A stretch of DNA of 63,235 bases, counting the filler, from Octopus bimaculoides (lineage: Eukaryota): the NCBI RefSeq assembly GCF_001194135.2. It is 5 parts of 5 records of this genome, joined end to end, with 100 filler letters (N's around TTAATTAATTAA, not from the genome) between each part and the next. Parts side by side here need not be neighbours in the genome. Positions count along the whole stretch, not along the records: positions 28,243 to 57,231 come from NC_069001.1; positions 57,332 to 61,153 come from NC_068990.1; positions 61,254 to 63,235 come from NW_026364319.1; 2 more parts are not named here. One strand, given 5' to 3'. Positions 50,603 to 63,235 of the stretch are shown here, one piece after another (position 1 is the first letter of the stretch; the number at the start of each line of letters is the position of its first letter). Both the position numbers and the translations under genes were made by a program. The notes below the pieces were generated by a model. It was not told where the DNA came from. It was given only the letters and a program-made list of their open reading frames with translations, and searched no databases.

Positions 50603-51143
50603 TGAAATTTGCAGTTATATCAAGTGAAACGAAGTGTGTAAATGCTTACTCATCTGTGATGTGTGTATATGTATAGGTATGCTGGTGCTTGCATCTGCAT
50701 TGGTGCATGTATGCATGCACATCAGTGCATCTCAGTACACGTGTGTGTGTGTGCGCACGCGTGTGTGTGTGTGTGTGTGTGCAATGAAATGTCTGCATGT
50801 GTGTGTCCATGTGTGCACATGCGTTTAACTGTGTGTGTGTGAACATGTGCAGGTGTGTGTGCGTGTGTGTGTGTGCAATGAAATGTCTGCATGTGTGTGT
50901 CCATGTGTGCACATGCGTTTAACTGTGTGTGTGTGAACATGTGCAGGTGTGTGTACATGAGCGTGTGTATTTGAATGTTCGCTTGTGTATGTTTGTGTGT
51001 GAATGAATATTTATATGTATGTATGAACATGTGTGTATGAATATGTATGTATGTGTGTAATTCTGCATGTGTATGAATATGTGCATGTGTGTATATAAAC
51101 ACAAGTGTGTATATGTAGGTATATGCATATGATTCACACAGAT

Positions 51144-51182
<39 letters not shown>

Positions 51183-51260
51183 CATCATCGTTTAACATCT
51201 GCCTTCCATATATATATATATATGTGTGTGTATGTGTGTATACATACACACACACACACC
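50000..51260. repeat. (TG)n/(TA)n-derived low-complexity block with a ~90-bp tandem duplication (50775-50955)
   Basis: gcaatgaaatgtctgcatgtgtgtgtccatgtgtgcacatgcgtttaac occurs twice. Confidence 0.9.
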
Positions 51261-51309
51261 TTGACCAATCTGTTCATAATAAATAATTGTTAACTTCCTT
51301 ATCTCCATT

Positions 51310-51418
51310 TTCTTGAGGCTATAGTAGAAGACACTTTCCGAAGGTTCCACACAGTGGGACTGAACCTGGAACCATGTGGCTAGTAAGCAAGCTACTTACC
51401 ATAGAGCCACTCCTGCAC
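51310..51418 (-). mobile_element. SINE family C 5' part
   Basis: ggctatagtagaagacact ... cagtgggactgaacctggaaccatgtgg ... gccactcc. Confidence 0.85.
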
Positions 51419-51419
51419 C

Positions 51420-51457
<38 letters not shown>

Positions 51458-51547
51458 CACACACACACACACGCACATACATGTACACATATACATGCAT
51501 ACATATACACATACATATATTTGTGTGTATGTGTATATATACACACA

Positions 51548-51757
51548 CAAGGTGGGGCTGAAAAGTTCCTGGCTTTGGGGGAAAAAAATCACAGGAGGAT
51601 GACTGAATTGTGATTTTATCCACCATATTCCCCTATCAAATTCACACACTGAATGCAGTGGTCCTTCAGTTTTACTAAGCCCTGTAAAAAGAACTCGGTG
51701 GGTCGGCATCCCTTGCTGCATCTCTTAAAGAGGGGGGAACTTTTCAGCACCCCCTCG
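51548..51757 (-). mobile_element. 210-bp mariner-derived MITE, different subfamily
   Basis: TIRs caaggtggggctgaaaagttcc / ggaacttttcagcaccccctcg plus TA. The minus strand encodes GLVKLKDHCIQCVNLIGEYGG*, resembling the mariner C-terminus. Confidence 0.85.
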
Positions 51758-51828
51758 TACATTAAAGAAATAGCAGCCACAAAGTTTATTCCTTAAAGTC
51801 AACAAGTTATTAATCAAGTTGTTGTGGT

Positions 51829-52065
51829 GGTGGTCCTGGTCGGCAGAATCGGAAGAGCATCGTACGAAATACTTTGTGGCGTTTCGTGTGTCTTTACGTT
51901 CTGAGTTCAAATTCCACTGAGGTTGACTTTGCCTTTCTTCCTTCTGGGGTCATTGAAACAAATACCAGTTAATCACTGGGGATGGGTGCAGTTTCCATTT
52001 AATCAACACGGCCCCTCCCATCAAAATTGCTGGTTTTGTGCCATATTCAGAAAGAAGCATTACTG
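51829..52065 (+). mobile_element. SINE family A variant
   Basis: ttacgttctgagttcaaattccactgaggttgactttgcc core. Confidence 0.8.
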
Positions 52066-52084
52066 CAGTTGTAATTAGGTTTCC

Positions 52085-53230
52085 TGTTGATATTGTGGTG
52101 GTGGTGGTAATCGTTCTTGTTGTTGTTATAATTCTCGTTATAATTGTAGTAGTGGTACCGGCTGTTGTGATTGTTATAGTAGCAATTATAGTGGTTGCTA
52201 TTGTGGTGGTAGTAGTGGTTGTAGTAATGGTGGTGGTAGCAATGGTGATGACAGTGAGGGTAGTGGTGATGGTGATGATGGTTGTGATGACGATGGTTGT
52301 GATGATGATGATGATGATGATGAGTGTGGTAGTGGCAGTAGTGGTGGTGGCGGTGGTGTTACCGGTCATTATTGTTCTCGTCGTAGTTGCAATCATTATT
52401 GCTTTATTATTATTATTATCATTATTATTATTATTATTATTATTATTACTGAGGTAGCGATGGCTGTAATTGATGTTATTGCTGATATGATTCTTGCAGT
52501 TGTTGTGGTCACCGTCCCAGCGTTTGTTGGTATTGTTATCATACTTGCAACTGTCAATGTTGTTGTCATCACTAAGGGAGTGGTGGTGGTGGTGGTGGTG
52601 GTGCTGGTCACGATGGTGAAGGTGGTAGTGGTGGTAATCGTTTTAGTGATGGCAGTGTTACTGGTGGTCGTGTTGGTGGTTTGGTGTTGTTAGTGTTGGT
52701 GGTGGTGTTAGTGGTGGTAGTGTTAGTGGTGGTGGTGGTGGTGTTAGTGATGGTGGTGGTGGTGGTATTAATGGCGGTGTTAGCGATGGTGGTGGTGGTG
52801 GTAGTGATGGTGGTGGTGGTGTTAGTGATGGTGGTAGTGTTGGGGTGGTGGTGGTGATAATGATGGTAGTGGTGTTAGTGGTGGTGGTAGTAGTCAAGAC
52901 TATTATTGTGATCCTTGTCATTACCATAATTATGGCACTAACGATCATTGTTGTAGTGGTTGTTGTTGTAGAAGTAATTATGAATGTTGCTATCGTTGAG
53001 GCAGTGGTGGTGGTGGTGGTGGGGGCGATAGTAATTGTTGTTGTTACAGAGGTAATTGTTAAAATTACTGTTGCTGTTAATGTTCTAGTTGCAGTGGTGC
53101 TGTTGCTGTTGCAGTTGAGGTCATAGTTTTAAAGCAGTTGTGAATATTATTGTTGTTGTTGTTGTCATCATCATCATTATTATTCATCTCGTTGTTGTTA
53201 TTGTACCTGTCACAGTTGTCGTTATTGTCA
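52085..53230. repeat. Long (GGT/GAT/TAT/GTT)n low-complexity array
   Basis: Direct inspection; source of the poly-V/T/I ORFs. Confidence 0.9.
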
Positions 53231-53329
53231 ATCTGGTTATTTGCTTAAGTGTCGTGTAATTAGTCCAGCCATGACCACCATGTTTGTTCTAGCCAAGTAT
53301 CTTATATCTTCTACCTGGTTCAGCTATTG

Positions 53330-54180
53330 AGCTGCAGCCATGCTGGAGCACCTCTGAAGGGTTCTTATTTAGAAACAGAAAAAAAAAAAAAAAAAAAAAA
53401 AANNNNNNNNNNNNNNNNNNNNNNNNNNNNNNNNNNNNNNNNNNNNNNNNNNNNNNNNNNNNNNNNNNNNNNNNNNNNNNNNNNNNNNNNNNNNNNNNNN
53501 NNNNNNNNNNNNNNNNNNNNNNNNNNNNNNNNNNNNNNNNNNNNNNNNNNNNNNNNNNNNNNNNNNNNNNNNNNNNNNNNNNNNNNNNNNNNNNNNNNNN
53601 NNNNNNNNNNNNNNNNNNNNNNNNNNNNNNNNNNNNNNNNNNNNNNNNNNNNNNNNNNNNNNNNNNNNNNNNNNNNNNNNNNNNNNNNNNNNNNNNNNNN
53701 NNNNNNNNNNNNNNNNNNNNNNNNNNNNNNNNNNNNNNNNNNNNNNNNNNNNNNNNNNNNNNNNNNNNNNNNAAAAAAAAAAAAAAAAAAAAAAAAAAGA
53801 ACCTAGTGATTTTTCTTGTTTTTAAAGTCTGGTACTCATTCGATCGGTTCCCCTGTTGCCAAAATGCTAAGTTGCAGGGATGTAAACAAACCAGCACTGG
53901 TTGTCAAGCAGTGGTGGAGGACAAACACAAACACACACACATACATATAACCATACAGCCATGCCTGTTCCCAGACATACAAAACAAAAAAAAAAAAAGA
54001 AAGAAAAAAGAAAAGAAAAGCAGCCATGACAGTGTGGTAAGAAGCTTGCTTCCTAACCACATGGTTCCGGGTTCAGTCCCACTGCATGGCACTTGGCCAA
54101 GTGTCTTCTACTATAGCCTCGGGCTGACCAAGGCTTTGTGAGTGGATTTGGTAGACAAAAACTGAAAGAAGCCAGTCATA
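53330..54180. mobile_element. SINE family C pieces: 3' half (-, 53330-53940, gapped) and 5' half (+, 54025-54180)
   Basis: Matches to the 43082 copy. Confidence 0.8.
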
Positions 54181-54259
54181 TATATGTATATACCTATACA
54201 TATATATATACATATATATATACTTATACATATATATATACTTATACATATACTTATAC

Positions 54260-54526
54260 CGAGCGAGATCGTTGCCAGTGCCCCTGGACTGGCTTGTGCG
54301 GGTGGCACATAAAAGACACCATTTCGAGCGTGGCCGTTTTCGTGCGGGTGACACGTAAAAGCACCCACTACACTCTCTGAGTGGTTGGCGTTAGGAAGGG
54401 CATCCAGCTGTAGAAACTCTGCCAAATCAGACTGGAGCCTGGTGTTGCCATCCGGTTTCACCAGTCCTCAGTCAAATCGTCCAACCCATGCTAGCATGGA
54501 AAGCGGACGTTAAACGATGATGATGA
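54260..54526 (+). mobile_element. Young RTE-tail element (family D) inserted in a tacttatacatatata minisatellite
   Basis: CpG-rich; gagtggttggcgttaggaagggcatccagctgtagaaac ... ccatgctagcatggaaagcggacgttaaacgatgatgatg. Confidence 0.88.
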
Positions 54527-55335
54527 TATACTTATACATATATATATACTTATACATATATATATACTTATACATATATATGTANNNNNNNNNNNNNNNN
54601 NNNNNNNNNNNNNNNNNNNNNNNNNNNNNNNNNNNNNNNNNNNNNNNNNNNNNNNNNNNNNNNNNNNNNNNNNNNNNNNNNNNNNNNNNNNNNNNNNNNN
54701 NNNNNNNNNNNNNNNNNNNNNNNNNNNNNNNNNNNNNNNNNNNNNNNNNNNNNNNNNNNNNNNNNNNNNNNNNNNNNNNNNNNNNNNNNNNNNNNNNNNN
54801 NNNNNNNNNNNNNNNNNNNNNNNNNNNNNNNNNNNNNNNNNNNNNNNNNNNNNNNNNNNNNNNNNNNNNNNNNNNNNNNNNNNNNNNNNNNNNNNNNNNN
54901 NNNNNNNNNNNNNNNNNNNNNNNNNNNNNNNNNNNNNNNNNNNNNNNNNNNNNNNNNNNNNNNNNNNNNNNNNNNNNNNNNNNNNNNNNNNNNNNNNNNN
55001 NNNNNNNNNNNNNNNNNNNNNNNNNNNNNNNNNNNNNNNNNNNNNNNNNNNNNNNNNNNNNNNNNNNNNNNNNNNNNNNNNNNNNNNNNNNNNNNNNNNN
55101 NNNNNNNNNNNNNNNNNNNNNNNNNNNNNNNNNNNNNNNNNNNNNNNNNNNNNNNNNNNNNNNNNNNNNNNNNNNNNNNNNNNNNNNNNNNNNNNNNNNN
55201 NNNNNNNNNNNNNNNNNNNNNNNNNNNNNNNNNNNNNNNNNNNNNNNNNNNNNNNNNNNNNNNNNNNNNNNNNNNNNNNNNNNNNNNNNNNNNNNNNNNN
55301 NNNNNNNNNNNNNNNNNNNNNNNNNNNNNNNNNNN

Positions 55336-55372
<37 letters not shown>

Positions 55373-56303
55373 CAGATGAATACAAAGGTAGATAGATAGA
55401 TAGATAGGTAGATAAAGAGAGAGACGGGGGGGGGAGGGATTGAGAGAGTGTCGGAGGAGAAGGAAGAGGAGGATAGAGTGGCACTGTTGCAGTATGGTGT
55501 GGTATTTTAACAAGTTCAGCGGTGTAGAGCACCAGTGCTGCACGCAGTAATGCACATTAGAGTGCAGTATAAGTACACTGCAAGTTGTACTAGTGACTGG
55601 CTGGTTGGCTGGCTGGCTGGCTGAATAGATGGATGGATGAATGGATGGATGGATGGATGGGAGGGCAGGCAGGATGGTTGGATGGTGTGGCGAAAAGCAT
55701 GTAGATAGAAGAGAACCACAAGGAAGAAGGAGAGAGAGAGAGAGAGGGTAGAAAGAGGAGAGGTGGGAGTAGATGAATCAATGAAGAAACAGAATTCTGC
55801 CACCACCACCACCACCACCACCACCAACAACAACAACAACGACATCAACAACACCACCAACATCAGCACGACCACTATCAGGACATCAACGAGAACAGCA
55901 ATTGCAGCAGCAGCAGCAGTAAAAAAGCATCGATGACAACTGTTTCTATAGTTGCAATGGCGGGTCGTTGGCTGACTGGTCGACCAGCTGGACAGCCTGT
56001 CGGTCGGTTTCCTTGATTACTACATACATACATACATACATACATACATACACACACACACATACTCAGCATCCGGTATATACAGAAGGGACCGAATCCC
56101 CCATCTATCAGCACTGACCACCACAGACTACCGTTATCGTGATTTTCACACTCGATGCAGCCACCACCACCGTCACTACCACCATCATCATCATCAGCAT
56201 CACCACCACCATCATCATCATCATCAGCATCATCATCATTGGTATTGACCAGTGCTATAGAACAATCATTATCACCTGTTACTGAAATGTGTGATATAGA
56301 GTC

Positions 56304-56350
<47 letters not shown>

Positions 56351-56499
56351 TGTGTATATCAATTTCTACATGTATGTGCCTATTTATGAATGTGTATATG
56401 CATGTGTGTGTAAGTATATATATATAACACATATGCATATATCTACATGTACATATATACATGTACTTACACATAAATATATTTATACATATAAACCAT

Positions 56500-56610
<111 letters not shown>

Positions 56611-56858
56611 CATATATACACACATACATATATGTACATACACACATATATATACATACACATGCATATGTATGTATATACACATACACATGCTTGTGTG
56701 TGTGTATGTATATATATGTGCACACATGCATATGTACATATGTATGTATTTCTATATGTATATATATACATACACATGTATATACATATATATATATATA
56801 ATGTATATATGCTGGTAGATAGGTAGGCAAGTAGAGAAAGGGGGAGTGACAACAAGAG

Positions 56859-56910
<52 letters not shown>

Positions 56911-57425
56911 CAGGAGAGAGAGGAAAAGTGAAAAACCATAAGAAAGACGGTTAGAGTCCCAGTAAGCTAGTAAACTCCAGAGCATTATATATTTACGGAG
57001 ACTGAGTAGTCAATTAGAGCCACAATCGATAGATACGTAACAGCAGCAGAAGTAATAGTGGTGGTGGTAGTAGTAGTAGAAGTAGTGGAGGTGGTGGGGT
57101 GGCAGTGATGATAGTTGTGGTGGTGGTGGTGGTGGTGGGAGTAGTGGTAGTAGAAGTAGTGGAGGTGGTGGGGTGGCAGTGATGATAGTTGTGGTGGTGG
57201 TGGTGGTGGGAGTAGTGGTAGTAGAAGTAGTNNNNNNNNNNNNNNNNNNNNNNNNNNNNNNNNNNNNNNNNNNNNTTAATTAATTAANNNNNNNNNNNNN
57301 NNNNNNNNNNNNNNNNNNNNNNNNNNNNNNNGTGTGTGTGTGTGTGTGTGTGCGTATGTGTGTGTATACATATATATGTGTGTGTATACATCTGCGTATA
57401 TATACTTATATATACATACATATAC

Positions 57426-57798
57426 TCTTTTATTTGTTTCAGTCATTTGACTGCGGCCATGCTGGAGCACTGCCTTTAGTCGAGCAAATCGACCCCAGGG
57501 CTTATTCTTTATAAGCCTAGTACTTATTCTATCGGTGTCTTTTGCCGAACCGCTAAGTTACGGGCACGTAAACACACCACCATCGGTTGTGAAGCGATGT
57601 TGGAGGGACAAACAGACACACAAACACACATATATACATACATAGACATATATACGACGGGCTTCTTTCAGTTTCCGTCTACCAATTCCATTCACTAGGC
57701 TTTGGTCGGCCCGACACTTGCTCAAGGTGCCACGTAGTGGGACTGAATCTGGAACCATGTGGTTAGTAAGCAAGCTACTTACCACACAGCCACTCCTG
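57426..57798 (-). mobile_element. SINE family C, young, small internal deletion
   Basis: Reverse complement of the 43082 copy. Confidence 0.9.
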
Positions 57799-58586
57799 CG
57801 CATATATATACATATACACATACATATATACATATATACACTTACGCACGCACGCACACGCACACACACACAGAAACACATTCCTACATGCATGCATACA
57901 CTCACATATAGATGGTTCAAAATTGTACAAAAGACCAAAGATAAAAGACAAAGACAGGTGAGAGAACAACAAACAAGTTGCATTTGTTTGACACTCAGGA
58001 AAAACAGAATTCTTTTGATGTTTAGACCCAACACTATTTTACAGAAATGAATGAAGAAAGAACAAAAAGATGACAATAGCACAAAAAACGAGAGAGAAAA
58101 ACGTGTCTGGATTGACGATTGCACATGTTGCTGAAAACAGACGAGGTGTTTTACAAGATTATGTAATGTTTCAACGATAATTATGTAATCATTACGGAAA
58201 TTTACTGAAACACGTATACGTTTTATAAAACAGTGAATATCACACCAGTGTTTTTTCATATTTTATTAATAATACGTGGATCGTATTTAGCAAACTACCC
58301 TATTCTGCAGTTTGATGCCTCATGTCGTACAGCACCGGATATATGAGTAGAGTGTGCTACTCTCTACTCTGCCCAAACTCTGGTTATGTGCCCCGCTTCC
58401 CAGCGCCTATATCTTATCTGTCTATCTATCTATACACATGCGCACATACATACATACATACATGCTGCGACAGACTGGCGTTCTGTCCAGGTGGAGAATA
58501 TATACGCAATGGAAACCATGTAAGCGGTCCTTTGCTCCTTTGGAGCAATGTGGACTATCCATATATATATATATATATATATATAT

Positions 58587-58777
58587 TGTTACGAACGCCC
58601 GCGCGGGACCTCAACGAAGAGAAAAACTCGCGCGCGCGACGACGACGCGATGACAACAAAAAGAAGAAATAACACACACCAGACGTTGCGTAGTCAAACT
58701 AACGTTTTTTTTTTCAAAACAAAACAAAACGACATTCCATAACAATAATTCATGCTTTTGAAATAACACAAGTAACA
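58587..58777. mobile_element. LTR-like element with TGTTAC...GTAACA termini
   Basis: 6-bp terminal inverted repeat beginning TG and ending CA; very CpG-rich; no matching TSD. Confidence 0.45.
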
Positions 58778-58830
58778 TTTAACAATAGAGTTTCCATGCA
58801 TTTAACAATGTTTCCAAACATTTACGAAGT

Positions 58831-59083
58831 TTACGCAAACATTATTCCAGTGACGAGGAAGTGAAAACTGAAGTGAAGAAATGGCTCAAAGAACAGATTT
58901 CTACAGGGATGCATGCTCTCATTCGAAGGTGGAACATTGCTATTGAAAGAAACGGTGACTATGTTGAGAAGTAGGGATGTGATCCACAGAGGACCAGCAT
59001 CATTTTAATGTATGATACATGTTCCTGTGTTGGTAATTATACCTGTCCTAAACAAAATGGCATTATTTTTTGACTCACCATCG
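58831..59083 (+). mobile_element. Mariner 3' remnant, third subfamily
   Basis: LRKHYSSDEEVKTEVKKWLKEQ...GMHALIRRWNIAIERNGDYVEK* (58831-58974), then TIR-like ttttttgactcaccatcg plus TA. Confidence 0.88.
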
Positions 59084-60329
59084 TATATATATATATATAT
59101 NNNNNNNNNNNNNNNNNNNNNNNNNNNNNNNNNNNNNNNNNNNNNNNNNNNNNNNNNNNNNNNNNNNNNNNNNNNNNNNNNNNNNNNNNNNNNNNNNNNN
59201 NNNNNNNNNNNNNNNNNNNNNNNNNNNNNNNNNNNNNNNNNNNNNNNNNNNNNNNNNNNNNNNNNNNNNNNNNNNNNNNNNNNNNNNNNNNNNNNNNNNN
59301 NNNNNNNNNNNNNNNNNNNNNNNNNNNNNNNNNNNNNNNNNNNNNNNNNNNNNNNNNNNNNNNNNNNNNNNNNNNNNNNNNNNNNNNNNNNNNNNNNNNN
59401 NNNNNNNNNNNNNNNNNNNNNNNNNNNNNNNNNNNNNNNNNNNNNNNNNNNNNNNNNNNNNNNNNNNNNNNNNNNNNNNNNNNNNNNNNNNNNNNNNNNN
59501 NNNNNNNNNNNNNNNNNNNNNNNNNNNNNNNNNNNNNNNNNNNNNNNNNNNNNNNNNNNNNNNNNNNNNNNNNNNNNNNNNNNNNNNNNNNNNNNNNNNN
59601 NNNNNNNNNNNNNNNNNNNNNNNNNNNNNNNNNNNNNNNNNNNNNNNNNNNNNNNNNNNNNNNNNNNNNNNNNNNNNNNNNNNNNNNNNNNNNNNNNNNN
59701 NNNNNNNNNNNNNNNNNNNNNNNNNNNNNNNNNNNNNNNNNNNNNNNNNNNNNNNNNNNNNNNNNTATATATATGAATATATACTTATATTCATATATGC
59801 ATGTTTGTATGTATATCTATGTATATATATATATGTGTATGTGTGTGTATGTATACATGCATACGTGTATGTATGTATATATATATACACACACACACAG
59901 ATATACATACACACACATACATATATCACAATAAATACACAGAATACCACAATAGATATATGTATTATATGGGTACAATAAATACATCATATATATATAT
60001 TAAACTTATTTATTTCTTTTATTTTTTTTTCCTTGTATCTTAATGGAACGTAAGAGATTTGATAGAAATTGTTTTTGAAGAAAATAATTGAGTTATAATT
60101 TTCAGTATCTCCAGGAAAACAGTGAAGTTGATCCTGATGAAAATCTTCAACTATGGTTCTTTGTGAAAAGCAAGGTTGATAGATGGTTTCACAAGAGGAA
60201 AAATAAAAGCCGCGGCAGAAATCAATCTATTTTGATAAGTAGCCAAATGTATAATTCTTTTACAATGAAAATATGCATATAGCTAAAATATGTATACATA
60301 CATGCATACATATACATACATATGTATAC

Positions 60330-60362
<33 letters not shown>

Positions 60363-60833
60363 TACACAACCATACACAAATGCATCATGCTAAAATGGAG
60401 GAAATTTTTAATCAGTGGAGACGAGGAAACCAGTGGATTTTAATTTATCATAGTAAATGAATGTATGATGATAGAAGTTAAAAGTACGGGAAACACAAAA
60501 ATTGTTTTAAAGATTGTGAAAGACAGAGAGAGAGATATATACGAAATGATAAGGAGAAAGCGGGAGAATTTGGCGAGAGGTAATGCATATAATGAGAGAG
60601 ATAGGGACAGATGAAGAGAGAGAGAGGGAGAGAGAGAGAGAGGTGAAAGAGGTGAAAGAGAAAAGGAGAAAGAGATAAAACAGGGAAAAGGATGGGAGAT
60701 GAGACAAGTGTTTCACATATATTATGTGAATGTGTGTGTATGCATATAAATATATATGTGTGTGTGTGTGTCTGTATGTATTATATATGTGTATATATAT
60801 GTGCATGCACTTATATATATCTATGTAAATGTG

Positions 60834-60909
<76 letters not shown>

Positions 60910-61104
60910 CATGTACACACACATATAGGCACACAAACACATATATATGAACACACCTGCGCATAAACTTACGTGCATATATACATATACATGTGTGTAT
61001 ATGTATATATATAAATATACGTGTGTATATATGTATATATATATGTATATATATATACATATCTATATATATATATATATACATATATACATATATATAC
61101 ATAC

Positions 61105-61153
<49 letters not shown>

Positions 61154-61581
61154 NNNNNNNNNNNNNNNNNNNNNNNNNNNNNNNNNNNNNNNNNNNNTTA
61201 ATTAATTAANNNNNNNNNNNNNNNNNNNNNNNNNNNNNNNNNNNNNNNNNNNNGTTATTTTTTAAAGAAATTGTTGTCAGTCACTTAAAAGTGATGGTAA
61301 GTCTTAGTTTCAAAATATAATTTCATTTACTAGAGAACTATTTCCTCCCAAGAATGTGATATTTCTTGACTGCATCTGGAAGTTGAGTTAGATGCAGGTT
61401 CCAATTAACCTTTCAAAGCGAAGTTAAACTTAAACATCTCACTCCACCACCCTCCACCACCTCGCCAAAGAAAAGAAAAAGAAAAAGAAAACGAAAAAGT
61501 GAAGCCCCTATATTTTGTAGGGAGAGGAAACAAGGAGCGTGACGTTCATACCTTTTCCCAAAAGCATTGTACGTGAACAAA

Positions 61582-61830
<249 letters not shown>

Positions 61831-62608
61831 GTTAAGGTGGCGAGCTAAGTTAAGGTTAGCACNNNNNNNNNNNNNNNNNNNNNNNNNNNNNNNNNNNNNN
61901 NNNNNNNNNNNNNNNNNNNNNNNNNNNNNNNNNNNNNNNNNNNNNNNNNNNNNNNNNNNNNNNNNNNNNNNNNNNNNNNNNNNNNNNNNNNNNNNNNNNN
62001 NNNNNNNNNNNNNNNNNNNNNNNNNNNNNNNNNNNNNNNNNNNNNNNNNNNNNNNNNNNNNNNNNNNNNNNNNNNNNNNNNNNNNNNNNNNNNNNNNNNN
62101 NNNNNNNNNNNNNNNNNNNNNNNNNNNNNNNNNNNNNNNNNNNNNNNNNNNNNNNNNNNNNNNNNNNNNNNNNNNNNNNNNNNNNNNNNNNNNNNNNNNN
62201 NNNNNNNNNNNNNNNNNNNNNNNNNNNNNNNNNNNNNNNNNNNNNNNNNNNNNNNNNNNNNNNNNNNNNNNNNNNNNNNNNNNNNNNNNNNNNNNNNNNN
62301 NNNNNNNNNNNNNNNNNNNNNNNNNNNNNNNNNNNNNNNNNNNCAGTCCTTATATCCTGTGTTCAAATTCCGCCGGGGTCGACTCCCATCTCTTCGCAGT
62401 TGATGAAATAAGTACTAGTTGACTCTTTTGTTCCAGCAGATGTTAGTCCGACGCTGTACCCAAAGAGCGAGCCATATCAAATGGCCAAAGGTCTTTTGGG
62501 TCATTCCTTCTCCTTCTACTCTCTAACACACCTTAAAAACTTTGTAGGGATTATTGCTTACCATTTGGGCATTGGGTTTGATGTAATCGACTTACGTGCT
62601 CCTCTGAA

Positions 62609-62660
<52 letters not shown>

Positions 62661-62683
62661 TAATAATAATAATAATAATAAGG

Positions 62684-62790
62684 GTTTAAAATTTTGACAC
62701 AATTTTGACCTCAGTGTTAAACTGGAACTTAATTTATCGACCCCGAAAAGATGAAAGGCAAAGTCGACCCCGACGGCATTTGAATGTAGA
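62684..62790 (-). mobile_element. SINE family A fragment
   Basis: acttaatttatcgaccccgaaaagatgaaaggcaaagtcgaccccgacggcatttgaa. Confidence 0.85.
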
Positions 62791-62839
62791 CACTCGGAAA
62801 GAAATGAAAACAAAATTGAAAGAAGATAATGACAACAAT

Positions 62840-62887
<48 letters not shown>

Positions 62888-63029
62888 AACAACAACAACA
62901 GCAACAACAACAACAGCAACAAGAACAACAACAACAGTATATATACATATGCCTAATCTATTTATCATTTCACAGATCTCCACCTATCTCAGGAAAAGGA
63001 CTTGCCAAAGATTATATGAAGCCCAAAAG

Positions 63030-63075
63030 GATACCTAGGCTAGTCTGACGAAGGATCGCAGGTCAAAACTTTGAA
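63030..63075 (+). mobile_element. Possible Penelope-like terminal fragment
   Basis: ctgacgaaggatcgcaggtcaaaac resembles the CTGA.GAAG...CGAAAC end motif of Penelope elements; short match only. Confidence 0.3.
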
Positions 63076-63192
63076 GTCACTATCAACCCTCTTCTTTTAA
63101 ATGTTTAATCAACATGCACATTATTATAATGCTTTGAGTAATTATTCAGCTTAATTGAATTTATATATAACTCGACATAAAATCAGTATTAA

Positions 63193-63235
<43 letters not shown>

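Overview
This is eukaryotic, AT-rich, repeat-saturated genomic DNA. I infer an octopod cephalopod draft assembly from the SINE families and extreme microsatellite load; no database was consulted. About 10.5 kb (~17%) is N gaps, and four 100-bp gaps carry a TTAATTAATTAA linker. Nearly all long ORFs in the track are artefacts of microsatellites and N runs. Supported content: (1) many tRNA-headed SINEs, six with target-site duplications (TSDs); (2) decayed LINEs of three groups: R4/Dong-like RLE, CR1/L2/Jockey-like and RTE; (3) mariner remnants, hAT-type MITEs and an LTR-like element; (4) a probable unidentified minus-strand host gene with a terminal exon at 25363-25660 and candidate upstream exons; (5) a CpG-rich promoter-like cluster at 41737-42085; (6) unexplained repeat architectures, including a ~350-bp-arm inverted repeat and a 42-bp Cys/His-type minisatellite. 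I found no prokaryotic system, CRISPR array, rRNA or true tRNA gene, and cannot claim a new biological system. The best leads are the unknown gene with its putative bidirectional promoter and the long hairpin-forming repeat.
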